Assembly: GCF_964188315.1 (NCBI RefSeq)
Contig: NC_135664.1
Location: 47,740,001-47,804,000, forward strand
Direction: 5' to 3'
Length of the DNA stretch: 64,000 bases
From: Podarcis muralis
Lineage: Eukaryota
Below, one piece after another: positions 13,203-24,668 of the stretch. Under the pieces are notes generated by a model, which did not search any database, was not told the DNA's origin, and worked only from the letters and a program-made list of their open reading frames with translations. How positions within the stretch are numbered: position 1 is the first letter of the stretch; the number at the start of each line of letters is the position of its first letter. The position numbers and the translations under genes were made by a program.

Positions 13203-16200
13203 TCAGCAAGTTCTGCCCCCAGTAGTCTAAAAACTGTAGCTAAATGGGCTGCCTCAAGAGGTAAAGGACAAGCCTGGGGAAGGGTCATAGCTGAGTGGTA
13301 CAGTATCAGTTTTGCATACAGAAGGTCCCAGGTTCAATCCCCAGGTAAGATTAGGAGAGAGCTGTCTGAAACTTTGGAGAGCTGCTGCCAGTCAGTGTAG
13401 ACTCTACTGAGCTAGATGGCTCAGCGGTCTGACTTGGTATGAGGTGGCTTCCTATGTTCCTAAAGCCTTGCTTGTACCTGAAGCAGTCCGCTGGGTATAT
13501 GTTGGGCAAGCTCATTTCAGAGTCTCTCAAATATAGGCCTCTGGGGCTTACGCAGAGCAGGATTAAGTCCATATGCTACTCCCTTTATAGAGGGAATTGG
13601 AAGCCTTAAATGTGTGTATTCAAGTATGTTAAGTCGCAGAGTGTGAGGGACAAATTTCACTGCCTATGAACAGATGCACAGCACTCTGTCTTTCCTGCTT
13701 AAAGCATGGCCTCTCCCTGTACAGCACCAATACCAGAGGTGCATGCCCTCCCAATATACAAGTCCTGAGTCTCGATGGGCGGACCTGTATTTGTGAGAGG
13801 AAGGACTAAAAATCTGGGAGGAAAGTGGAAGGGGTGGCATGCAAGCCTGCCCGTAGGTTATTTCTCTCTGGTTTTGGGAAAAGGGGGGTGAATTTGGGGG
13901 CATGTATTTGGCAGGTTTCTGTGGGAATGAACTGGAGTAAGAAGGGGTAGGAATAGTCATGTACCTGTTACCTCTGCAAATGGACGAAATAAAAAGGGTT
14001 TTTGCACCAGGTGGTGTAAGAAATAGCCAAAATATGAAATGAACACAACCATATAATACGTTCATGCTGCTCTGGCTCTTTGAAGTTGGAGAATTTATCA
14101 TTGTTTATTTAAATACTTAAAAAAATTTAAACATACATAGAATAGAAAGACAAACAGGAAAACTAAAACATAATAACAAACCGAATAGAGTAATATTAAC
14201 AGCAGATTATATATCTAAAGATTTAAAAGACATTAAAAGATATTAAGGCTGGTGAAATTTCTGGGGGAAACGAAAAAGGCTTCACCTGGTGCTAAAAGTT
14301 GACAACTTAGTGCCGTGTGAGTGTCTCAAGGGAAGGCATTCCACAACTGCAGTGGCACCTCCGAAAAGGCCCCTCTAGTAATCTATAACATGAAGACTTT
14401 ATGAAGGCAAAGAAGAGAACAGCAGTGCCTCATTGGGGGGACTGCTGTGCTTGATGGCAACTAATAATCTCTCCCTGCTTTTCTCCCAGCTGAGTTCTCA
14501 ACATACCTCAACTTCTGCCGTTCGCTGCGGTTCGATGACAAACCAGATTACTCTTACTTGAGGCAGCTGTTCCGCAACCTCTTCCACCGCCAGGGTTTCT
14601 CCTATGACTACGTGTTCGACTGGAACATGCTCAAGTTTGTGAGTAATTCCAGTTCTGAGCCTTTTTGTTGTGTCCTGGAGTCTGTGTGTGCTTGTGAGCT
14701 GCAAGTGGAGGCGAGTGGGGTGAACAACAGTGATGGCCATGCTTGAGGGTCTCTTTTTTATTGATGGACTCTTGTGTTCACACATTATACTACAAATTCT
14801 TTTTAGCAGCAGAGTTCTGTGTCCTGACCTCAACTGCTGTTTGTTTGTTTTTCAAATAAAAAGCATGTTCAAAACCCTGTATGGCTGTAGAAATAAGCTT
14901 GGAAACAAGCGCATAAAGATCACACCCACACGATTCATTTAAATAATATTTAAAGTGTGTAGCTTCTTCCAACAAATCCTGGGAACTGTAGCTTGCCCCT
15001 CACAAAGCTACAATTCCCAGTAGCTTTAATAAACTACATTTCCCAGGATTCTTTGGGAAATGTGTTTTAAACATATGATCTGGATGGGACCACAATCTCA
15101 GAAGACACACGATGGGGCTTCTTGTTCTGCACTGTTCCTTGTTGGACCATAGCCAAATCTTGTTGTGATGGGGCCTAAAGATATGCTGAGGTGGCACTGT
15201 AAATTGATGGAAAAACTTAAATATTTAGTTCCTGTGTTCTTAGTTTTGGCTAACCATGAGAGGGAGCATGGGCTGGTGGGTGGTGTACCTTCTCACTTCC
15301 CTTCCCTGAATGTTCAGCTTTCTTTTTTCTTAAGTGAAATCAGTCTCTGTCCTCAAACGTAAGTTGATTAGATATTAGATAACAGTATAAGAACAAACCA
15401 AGCCCCTGATCTAGCAGGTCGGAGGGGGCAGTTGTATACTTGCACCTGGCCTTGCCTGGCCTCCTCCTGCAAAGGAAGCTTCACTCATCAGCAGGAAAGC
15501 CCTTCTGCTGAGGAGCAACCTCATGCATCTGCCCAAACAGCCTGGGAGCTGGCACAGCGAACGGGCATTTACCACCACCTTCTGTCCTGCCCGGCATGAT
15601 CATCTGGTCTGTGGATGGAGCGCTGGCTGCGTCACTCCACTAAGCCGCACCACTGCCCCCCATGAGTTACGGTTGCAGCATAAATTCCAAGCATTTGTGT
15701 CTCATCTAAGCGCCTTTGCACTCTGTCCAGAACACTGGAAGACAGGGCAAGTTACCATTTACTGAGCAGCAGCAGTAGAACATTGCCTAAACTTTTACTT
15801 CTTTTCAGCATGAAAAGGGTAGAAACTCATTCCACTTTTTTAAAAAAGAAAGAAAAGGAAAACTGAACATTCAAGGAAGGAGCCTAAGGGGGTTCACTGT
15901 CCACCCGCCCACACTCCCTGTCATGGTTAGAAGAAATAAAGAAAGCAAAATAAACCAGCATATGGAAACTGTCCTGTATGATTCAGTTTTCCTTCCCTCC
16001 TCCCCTGAACTCTTATCTTGTTGCATGTGCAGCTAATTCTGCATATGAATAAAGTGATTTTTACCCCTCCCTTTTTTTAACCTCCTTCTAAAATCTGGAT
16101 GCATTCTGGGGTGTTTGATATTCCAGGGAGCAGCCCGGAATCCCGAGGACATGGATCGGGAGAGGCGAGAACACGAGCGAGAGGAGCGGATGGGGCAGCT

Positions 16201-18058
16201 CCGGGGTTCAGCTACGCGGGCACTGCCCCCTGGACCTCCTGCCGGAGCCACAGCTAACCGCCTCCGCAATGTCGCTGAGCCCATGGCCTCCACACCCACC
16301 TCCCGCATCCAGCAATCTGGTGAGTAGAGGGAAGGTCACCTGCAAACCTGTTATCTGCATAGCAATGAATTGCACAGCCATGGGCTCGTTCCTAAGTAAA
16401 GTAAATCCTCCGTATGTGTAACTACAGCTGCTCACCTTCTTCACTGCTGCTTGCTCTTTCCTTTCCCATTCCTTTCCCATTCCTCCCCCCTCTAGCAGTG
16501 GTGGTTGTGGGACTCTTGCCCCGTCTCTGCCCTGCCTTTATCCTGTTCAAAATTTAGAGTTTAAGCTCCAAGCGGAACAGACTCTTCCTCACCCCTCTTT
16601 TTCTTACCTTGCTCTGCAAAAAGCATCAATTTTACAAGTTAGTAATTTGCCCCTTGCCAGGAAACACGTCCCCCAGGGCAATTTCACGGGTGGACAGGGA
16701 GCGGAAGGTCAGCATGAGGTTACACCGAGGAGCCCCTGCAAACATCTCCTCGTCTGACCTCACAGGGCGGCAAGAGGTGTCACGAATTTCAGCGTCACAG
16801 GTGGGTTCCTACCAGCGGCCAAGTAGGGCCAGAACTGCTTCCATCTGCTTGTGGGCTGTGGATAGAATTAAGAAAATAGTAAAGAGTCTCACCAGGTCAT
16901 GTTAATCTGGTAGCTACCCAGTTGGTGCAAATCCTTATTCTGCTTTTTTGTGGGACTGCGTTAAAAATGGCCTGCTTCTCTGAAAACGATGGCAATTACA
17001 TCCTTGTGTGAAAGGGGAGAAATTACCAACCTTCCAGCTGTTGAGAATTTAAACATTCTGGCAGCCCAGCGTGAGAAGCATAACAGCTAAGCTAGCTGTG
17101 TTGCAGGGCTTGTCATACGCTGAAGTGAAAAAAAGAATCTTTAGTCTGAATTCTTGTGTGTGAAGTGCTATCAGAATAGTCACGAGCCACCAAATATGTA
17201 CAGCAAAAATACATTACGGCTGCTAATCTGCTTTTCTCCCGCCAAGATACATATGGCTCAGACCCATGGGGTATTTTGTAGATTAATAATAGTACATTGA
17301 ATTATGCTTGGGAGTCAGTGTTGCAGTGCAGCCTATGTGCATTCTTGTCTGCTGATGTCAATAGGAGGCGTTCCGTACTAGTTGAACTTCCCGATTCTTT
17401 TCAAAGACACAGACCCATTGCAGTGATTTATTCAAGTCAACAACAAATATGGATGATTTTAACCAGGGGAAAAAGGACAAAATCCTTGGACTAGCTGGAA
17501 CTGGTAGAAAAGCACTCATGGCTGCAGCAACTGCCTGCTTCCCCAAACTGGGAACAGGATCAGCCAAAGGATATGTAGCATAGCTGTCAACTTTCCCCTT
17601 TTCTTGCAAGGAATCCTATTCGGAATAAGGGAATTTCCCTTAAAAAAAGGGAAACATTGACAGCTATAATATGTATGTGTGACACTGTCTCCTTGGAATC
17701 TAGGAACCATCAGTCATCATCATTGCCTCCTTTTTTGTGGATTTGGTTTTAGCTTTATTAACTAATCATCAGTTAAACAATTCTTGAATCTGCTGAAAAA
17801 GAAGTCAACTGGGAAATAAGGTTGAAGTGCATTCAGTGGCAAGCCATCTACCAGTACTTTGATGAAAATTATCCTGTGTTTGTAGGTAGTTGAATGTACT
17901 CCTTGGAAGGAGGGGGTGGGGTCTTGCTGAGACAAGGGTGGGAGAAAGAACCTGGATGACATCTCTTTACCCACCCTTGCTAAAGTCCTCTTCTTCAGCC
18001 TACTCACTTCTCTATTTGTTTGTAGACAAGTGTGCCATTTGATCACCTGGGGAAGTGA
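2497..18058 (+). CDS. CSNK1E: Casein kinase I isoform epsilon, spliced CDS (5'-partial; 8 coding exons in window)
   Basis: All exons have GT-AG boundaries and consistent phases. Lengths 111+149+229+171+149+193+140+33 plus the missing 76-nt first exon give 1251 nt = 416 aa. Motifs [16 protein letters not shown] and LPWQGLKA are present; KFYKMMQGG and the tail GAARNPED...[10 protein letters not shown] are epsilon-type rather than delta-type. Confidence 0.97.
2727..2875 (+). CDS. CSNK1E: CSNK1E coding exon [15 protein letters not shown]...LLLADQM, 149 nt
   Basis: tcttag|TGGGC acceptor, ATG|gtgagt donor. Confidence 0.96.
3526..3754 (+). CDS. CSNK1E: CSNK1E coding exon [21 protein letters not shown]...INTHLGI, 229 nt
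   Basis: ttcag|ATCAGC acceptor, ATTG|gtaagc donor. Contains HRD and DFG motifs; Arg178 (tau site) is the wild-type CGC at 3721-3723. Confidence 0.97.
4047..4272. mobile_element. Degenerate hAT MITE
   Basis: Begins caggggtc and ends ttgccgacccatt; 7/8 TSD gcccagac / ccccagac; CpG-rich. Confidence 0.5.
4870..5035 (+). mobile_element. CR1 LINE ORF2 3' fragment
   Basis: gagagctggggaagg...tttagtttagagggaaaggatggctaaggggac...tataaaatcatgaat, typical of a degraded CR1 RT C-terminus. Confidence 0.55.
6362..6497. mobile_element. Palindromic hAT MITE (same family as 27535-27670)
   Basis: gtagccaacatggt...accatgttggctac inverted ends; ctcagatgttgctggact / agtccagcaacatctgaag. Confidence 0.7.
10021..10071. 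repeat. (GA)n microsatellite
   Basis: Direct reading. Confidence 0.95.
10725..10890 (-). mobile_element. CORE/MIR-like SINE (Squam2-type)
   Basis: cctcacagtaaccctgtgaggtagg...aaaatcacccagtgagc CORE motif. Confidence 0.6.
12767..12937 (+). CDS. CSNK1E: CSNK1E coding exon [13 protein letters not shown]...LCKGYP, 171 nt
   Basis: ttccag|AACAA acceptor, CCTT|gtaagt donor. Confidence 0.96.
13276..13462 (+). mobile_element. tRNA-derived SINE (Squam3-like)
   Basis: Head tagctgagtggta...ggttcaatccc; body ggagagctgctgccagtcagtgtagac; tail gcttcctatgttcct. Confidence 0.72.
14100..14380 (-). mobile_element. L2/CR1 LINE fragment
   Basis: tttattta tail then gggaaggcattccacaactg...gaaaaggccc, typical of an inverted L2-type 3' region. 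Confidence 0.45.
14490..14638 (+). CDS. CSNK1E: CSNK1E coding exon [21 protein letters not shown]...DWNMLKF, 149 nt
   Basis: cccag|CTGAG acceptor, TTT|gtgagt donor. Confidence 0.96.
16127..16319 (+). CDS. CSNK1E: CSNK1E coding exon [15 protein letters not shown]...SRIQQS(G), 193 nt, autoinhibitory tail
   Basis: ttccag|GGAGCA acceptor, TCTG|gtgagt donor. Confidence 0.95.
16661..16800 (+). CDS. CSNK1E: CSNK1E coding exon (G)[25 protein letters not shown]...ISASQ, 140 nt
   Basis: gccag|GAAAC acceptor, CAG|gtgggt donor. Confidence 0.95.
18026..18058 (+). CDS. CSNK1E: CSNK1E last coding segment [10 protein letters not shown] (exon continues as UTR to 18091)
   Basis: tgtag|ACAAGT acceptor; TGA at 18056-18058; donor TTAG|gtgagt after 18091. 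Confidence 0.93.
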   Translation, partial: TSVPFDHLGK

Positions 18059-19059
18059 AGAGAGGATTCCACCGGACCAGTGTTTGCTTAGGTGAGTCTC
18101 TGCCTAACCCCTTCTCTTTTGTCTACATGGATAGTGGATCTTCATGGGTTGATATGCTTCCTTTCTGCATGTAACCCCAGCATAATGCCCCATGGTTATA
18201 GAAACGGCACAAGTGGAATGTTTGAACAGCCCCAGCTGTTTAGAACCTATGACAGAGAGATCCAAACATTCATTCTCTCTGTGTCTCTTGGTTGGTAAAT
18301 GTTCCAGGCCTAACCAGTATCACAAGACCATTTTTGAACATTAATGGGCATGGCTAAACTTTGGCAAACACGCCACGATTAGCAAACCATATAGTTTATT
18401 GCTGTGGAAACATGTAACCCTAGGCATATATTAAGAGATGCCTGTTGAGGAATGCATTCACCCTACAAGCTCAACTGCTAGGAGCTACCTAACAGTTGTA
18501 GACCTCACCCTTGAGTCTCACTCACATGGGACGCTTGAAAGATGCAATGTGCACAATTCTTTAGCACACCATAGGTTGCTTTCTTGGCCCCTTGGGTGAA
18601 ATCAGTTGGTCAGAATGCCTTTTCCAAAAACAGCTTGCTCTGCACTTCCTTACTTGGTTGGAAAGGAATATGAGGCAGGTTGCTACTTGCCTTTATTGCA
18701 GAGGGTGAAGAAAGGCAGGCTAAGGGGGAAGAGCAGTGACTTGAGTCCTCTTCCCAAAAGCATGCAGATGTTGATATAGAAGTAAGCCACTGCTGTTTTT
18801 AAAAGCAGGCCTTTATGTAGCTTACTGGACTTGGCCCTAACTCTCTAGCGCTCTTTGGATGTTCTTCCCTGTGTAATTACCATTGTGTGGGTGGCGGGGA
18901 GAGAGTGCGGATATGTTCCCTGGCCTCACCTCCCCACCCCCCAAAATTACATCATTGTAGCTTTCCCCATCACTCCCCACCACATCACAGGGGCTGAATT
19001 TCTGAATCAGGAAGCCTGCCCTGCTTCTGTAGGCTCCCTCTGTGATTATGAACCCTGAT

Positions 19060-19193
19060 CTGAAGAAGTGTGCATGCACACAAAAGCTCATACCAATAAC
19101 AAACTTAGTTGGTCTCTAAGGTGCTGCTGGAAGGAATTTTTTAAAATTTTGTTTCAACTATGGCAGACCAACACGGCTACCTACCTGTAACTA
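19060..19193 (+). mobile_element. Penelope-like fragment, family A, with a mutated hammerhead
   Basis: Reverse complement of 287-412; flanked by the 12-bp direct repeat GAACCCTGATCT (19050-19061 and 19194-19205); GAAA is changed to AAAA at 19082. Confidence 0.75.
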
Positions 19194-19762
19194 GAACCCT
19201 GATCTATCAGGGTTCTCAGTTGTGTCAGGAGCCTCTTGTGGAGCAGAGCAGCCTGCCGATTGCAGAAGTTCAGCCCCCAACCTGTTCAAAGCTGCAAGAG
19301 TGTTGATGGTGTTGTTATAGAAGGAGAGGGGCCATGGAGTGTGTCCCTGGAATCGCAACACCCTTCTGATTTAACCCGCCTTTCTTGCTGTGTAGAATTT
19401 TGACTTTTCTTTGGGAGGTGGGAAGATGCTAACTCTCCTTGTCTGATGCTTCCAGCATTAACTAAGGCGAGCATCTTTTCAGTTTTGGGGCTGCTTCCAG
19501 GATAAAGCAGTGCATGCCCACGTTGCAGATACGTTGTGAAGCTGAGGGAAGAAACAGGAAGCACCATGTATACTGTTTCACAAATGTCCTTTCTAAAGAG
19601 GGTCCGTGGCACAATCGGCTGACACATTTTCACAAGTGTTGCTGCTGTGTGTAGTACTAGTAGTAGTTATTAGTAAGATTTGTCGTAGGGTCTCCACTGT
19701 TGGATGGGGGGAAACGTTTTTAACAATGCTCTCTTCTCCCCCCCCCCCTTTTCTTTTTCTAG

Positions 19763-21395
19763 TGTCTTCACTGTATTTTTCTTTTAAAAAACAAAATAAC
19801 AAAAACAAATTTAAAAAAAGAAAAAAAAGAAAAAACCCCCAATTTCCCCCCCCCTGCCAGCAACAAGGAGAGGAGCTGCCCTATGCTGGCGTCCATGTCT
19901 TTTCTGAGATCGTTGCCTGCGTTCCCGAGCCCAACTTGCCTTGGACAAAGTCACAGACGCAGGAGGAGCCTTGCCGAAACACCTCTGCTGCCGTCGCGCA
20001 GTTTCATCTCCGTAGGCTTTGCCCCATTTCACGCCAGCAGGCTATGGCCAGCCACCCTCAGCTTCTTGCTCCCTTTTTTTTTTGATCTGTTTGTATCATT
20101 GGGAAAAGGAAAAAAAAACCACACAACACAAAAATCAAACCCCCGACTTCCATATTTTTTAAAAGTTCGGTTTGTGTAAGATGAAATTTGTTTCCAGCAT
20201 AATTTTAAATTCCGTTGGGATTGTGGGGGGTTTTTGGGGGAGGGGAGGGTCGGGGGCGGAGGAGGAGGAGGCAGTGGAGGATGTTTGCAGCAGACTTTTA
20301 CAATTCCAGGCCAGAGTGGTGTCGAAAGCTGGCTTTAACATTCATTTTAAATGTGAACTGCGGTTTCTAGCAGGCGCTGCCTTTGTGGGTGGCAGGGGCC
20401 GGGGTGGGGCAATGGTGGAAGAAGCATTCTTTCCCTAGGGGACACCACTGCCCCTCTGTGCATTCACGGGCATGTTGGGAGATGCCGCGGGCAGACCAAC
20501 GAGGCGAACAGTACTGGCACAGCGGCAGTGCATATGGGGTTGAGGCATGTGCTGCGCAAGGCAGGAGCAAATGTGAAGGACGTGGAACTGTTGCCTGCCT
20601 CATATGCAGGCAGTGGGGGTGGGTGGGCGCCTCTTCTTTTTTAAAAAAAAATTGAAACAAAACTGTTTGCGTGTGTTTAGTTTATATTTTTTTAATTATT
20701 ATTTTGTACTTCCTCAGGAGCCGGGGAGGGTGTTGAGGACAAAGGGGGAGAGGTATGTGAAAATAACAGTGCGGGGGAGAGTCCCTGCTTTTACTTCAGG
20801 GGGTTGAGCCTTGTGTACCACCAGTTTCCCAAAGGACCACCCCAGCTCAAGACGCACAACCTCTCCTCACGAAAAGGTGTCTCCCACCCTCTGTATTCAC
20901 CCCCCATTACTATTTTATTTTTTTTAAAATAAAGACTTTAGGCTTTCCTTAAGAAAACCGATCCATCCTGGGATGTGCATCGTCGCAGTCGTTACCATGC
21001 TGCAGCCTCTGGCTTGCCACACTTTCTTAATTTTATTTTTTACTTTGGACAGTGTGGAACCATTGGAAGTGGGGGTGGGGCTTGGCATATTTGGTTCTTT
21101 TTATTCTTTCTATTTAACACACAGCTCTTTTTATTTCTCCCCCCTAATTTATTTACCCTGCTTACTGTGTCTTTCTTCCTTTCTCTCTCTCTCTCTCTCT
21201 CTCTCGCTCTCTCCTTTTTTTAATTAAAGTAAAAAAAACAAAACTTTTTATTACTTTTAAAAAAAACAAAAACAAAAAACCTTGAAGAACTTTGGGGGGG
21301 ATTTTGTACTTTTTTCCTGTGTAAATATTGGACTTTTTTGAGCTTTATCGTGGTTGTTAATTTGAAGTAATAAAGTAGAAAATGATAAAGTGATG
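19763..21395 (+). other. CSNK1E: CSNK1E terminal non-coding exon (3' UTR)
   Basis: Pyrimidine tract plus ag|TGTCTTCACTGTATTTT acceptor, matching the recalled start of the mammalian CSNK1E last exon. The end is estimated from AATAAA at 21369. Confidence 0.78.
21369..21374 (+). terminator. Polyadenylation signal AATAAA of CSNK1E (alternatives at 20928 and 21564)
   Basis: Canonical hexamer in a U-rich block (GAGCTTTATCGTGGTTGTTAATTTGAAGTAATAAAG) resembling the recalled mammalian CSNK1E 3' end, with a pyrimidine-rich tract downstream. Confidence 0.68.
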
Positions 21396-22314
21396 GAAGC
21401 ATCTGTCTTTTTCTTTCTTCTCCTCTCCCCCTTCCAACCTGGCTGTGATAATGTCATGTCGGCAGGAAGTTTCATCTTACATATAGCCTCCCTCCTGCTC
21501 TGTTTCCAAGTTCCAGGAAAAAGATTGGCAGGGAAGAGAATGTACACCATTTGTACACCTAAAAATAAAGCTGATCTGGCCTTCAGGTTCATAATTGATA
21601 TTGGTCTGATAGCAGAAGAGTCATCTGAAATGTGATGCTACTGAAGAAATGCTGCCTGCCTTTTGGGCTTGAAGGAAGAATAGTGTGCAGAACTAGGAAT
21701 CTCCAATTTGGTCCAAGGGCCCTTCGCTCTCTATTCTTTTAGAATTCCAGATGTTCAAGCCAATGTCACAAACACCAACACACTCAAAACGACACTTCCA
21801 AGCCTGCAGCCGTGAACTCCATTAGAATTTAAATTGCATAATTGTCACAAGTTAAAGAGCAAAAATGTCATTGAGCACTAGTAATTTCGGTTCAGCCATA
21901 GAAAGCGTGTGATTTTTAAGCTAATGCTGCTAGACTCTTCAGCTGAATCTGGATGCACATTTTAAATCAAAACTAGCCAGGCAACTGCAGATTTATTGAG
22001 AATATGTCGTTTGTATTGAGATTGAATCATCTCTTGTTGATGCATTTTCGACAACCTTTTGCTTTCATCTTGGGTTAATGTCATACAAATTAAATTATTT
22101 TAAGCAACATTTTTTTTAAAAAAATTATAGTGACAACAGGTAAGTTTAATAATTTCTTTACACCTTATGATGTCCTAAAGAAACAATTTTCTGTTAATTT
22201 ATAAAAATGGGGCTAATACGCTGTTTTTGTGTGTATGTGGAAATAGGGAGTTTTGAATTCTTTCTTAGCCATGAAATTTGATGGGGTAGCACTGAGAGCC
22301 ACCATTCATAGTCT

Positions 22315-22490
22315 GGAACATAAGAAGCTGCATTTATACCAAGTCATGACTATTGGTTTATCTAACCACGAATTGCCTCTTGACTGACAACAGCTTTCCA
22401 GTGTCTCAGGGCAAGGTCACCTGATCCTTTTGTGTGGAGGTCCCAGAGACTGAACCAAGATCTCATCCCTGCAAAGTCCCGGTCCTTTCT
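22315..22490 (-). mobile_element. Degraded Squam3-like SINE, minus strand
   Basis: ggaacataagaagctgc...gactgacaacagctttccag matches the reverse of the 13276 copy. Confidence 0.55.
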
Positions 22491-24309
22491 GTAGTTGTGA
22501 AAACGATAGTGAGATCAAGAATCTGGCAAGTTTTTGCTGAAAAGCAGTACAGAAATAACCAGGCTTCAGTTGCACACCTTGCTTAGCTCCAGTGCCCATG
22601 CTAAAAATATATCTCCTGGCTAGAGAAGAAATCGGGTGGCATGCAACGTTTGGGTTGAGACATTTTGTGTGAAAGTGATTGGATACAGTCCTTTGGGCTG
22701 GATTCTCTTTGAACATGTACTGTGGTTAGCAAATCTGTATTCAGATGTGGGACTGCGCATCAGAATTAAAGGTGTCTAATGTTTACCTTATTGAAAAGAG
22801 GCATTAGCTTATCAAAAGCATATTAGTGCAAAAAGCTATGAGGCTTTCTCTCCTTCCTGGTTTGTAATCTACTTGGAGAGATGCTAATCCTAGGATGCTG
22901 TGTTTAGTATGGGAGAGGGCTCCCATTACTGTAGTAGCTTGTCCCATGGCAGCTGTGGGAGCATTTTGGCTTTGTAGGGCTGCAATTTTTAACCTTGCTG
23001 TTTCCATCACAATAGGACTTTGTACAGAACCTATTCAGGAAAGTGTGCCATTACATATGTGCAGAGTGCCATTGTTTTCCTCCCTTTAAAAAACCACTCT
23101 ATTATTTTCTGCACATATATGGACAGGGGAAAAAGTTTCCACGTAAGAGTGCCCAAGTATGATTTCCAGTTAAGATTGACACCATACCACATAAGTTTTT
23201 GAATTCATGTATTTTCACCTACATATTTCATTGCCAAAAATCTAAACACACACAAACTTTTTTAAAGTGAGGAAAACCTGCCTCTAATTGCATTATGTTT
23301 TCCTCCCCGCAAAAAATAAATAAATAAGTTTTAACTATTTGTTTCCCAAAACACTTTTTTCCTCTAAATTATAAAAGAACAAAGTATTCCAACCAACAGA
23401 CAAAAATAATGAGTTCATCTGAACCAGGGCATCTCTGAGCACAGCAAAACATATTTGCAATGCATGGCTCAATTCAGAAAATGTGAACTGTTCATTTCTG
23501 CACATTTGCAGAGTTCATCACAACCTCTGTTCTGTCTGAGATGTGGGGGAATATATTCCAGGTTTGGGATGTGGAATGATGTGGAGTCACATCCAGACAC
23601 CATTTTCCTCAAATGTGAAACAAAAGGAAAAACAGATAATTATTATAGAAAGAGGCTAACAGTCGCTTGTCATAAAACAAATACTAAACCAAAAAAAGTT
23701 CCTCAAAGTAGGGAACACTTGCTGCTTCCTTTCAGGACTTCAGGGAAACGTGCTGGTGGATCTTAGGTTCTTGAAGAAAACAAAAGCAGATACAAGTCTG
23801 CTCACTCCTGTACTAACCTGGCTGAAGCGAAGCAGGTCTCTGTGTTGTTAGTGCTTGTGTGGAAGACAGTGAAAGCCCCTTTAATGTTTCCTTGTGTTCT
23901 ATAGAAGAATAAAAAAATGAGACCTTTTGTAATTGGGAATGGATATTCAATTGTGAAGGCAGGCTATGCCTTTATAGCTGTGAAATACGGCTTATCTTCT
24001 CTGAAAAATATCCAAATGACCATTGGGAAAGGATCAAACTCCTTTACACGAGAGGCTTGGGTGTCTTGTACTACTTGATCCTAAAAAATATGTTCCTATT
24101 ATGAAATTTGGGAGAAGGGCATATGTTGAGAGTATGACATATACTTGGTATCATATCAGTTCTAGGCAGCCCCAGTTGAAAAGGTAATGTGAGGGGCTGG
24201 GAAAGACCTTCCTGAAACTGACCAGCTTTGCCAGTCAGAGCAAGCAGCACCAGATTAAACAGACTAACTCAGTAGAAAACAGTTTTGTTTAGTAATATAA
24301 AAGAATTTA

Positions 24310-24668
24310 GGGACGCGGGTGGCGCTGTGGGTAAAAGCCTCAGCGCCTAGGACTTGCCGATCGAAAGGTCGGCGGTTCGAATCCCCGCGGCGGGGTGCGC
24401 TCCCGTTGCTCGGTCCCAGCGCCTGCCCACCTAGCAGTTCGAAAGCACCCTCGGGTGCAAGTAGATAAATAGGGACCGCTTACTAGCGGGAAGGTAAACG
24501 GCGTTTCCGTGTGCGGCTCTGGCTCGCCAGATGCAGCTTTGTCACGCTGGCCACGTGACCCGGAAGTGTCTCCGGACAGCGCTGGCCCCCGGCCTCTTGA
24601 GTGAGATGGGCGCACAACCCTAGAGTCTGGCAAGACTGGCCCGTACGGGCAGGGGTACCTTTACCTTT
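24310..24668 (+). mobile_element. Full-length young Sauria SINE (Squam1-type)
   Basis: tRNA-like head with A box and B box (GGTTCGAATCC); 3' end ...gggtacctttaccttt; CpGs intact; 13-bp TSD ATAAAAGAATTTA at 24297-24309 and 24669-24681. Confidence 0.9.

Noticed and set aside
16609-16905. Intron-retention C-terminus ...[23 protein letters not shown]...
   Set aside because: It is simple read-through of a good donor (CAG|gtgggt); nothing in the sequence supports real use.
24310-24385. tRNA gene (A and B boxes; likewise at 13276 and 39087)
   Set aside because: No complete cloverleaf; it continues into a SINE body and tail with a TSD.
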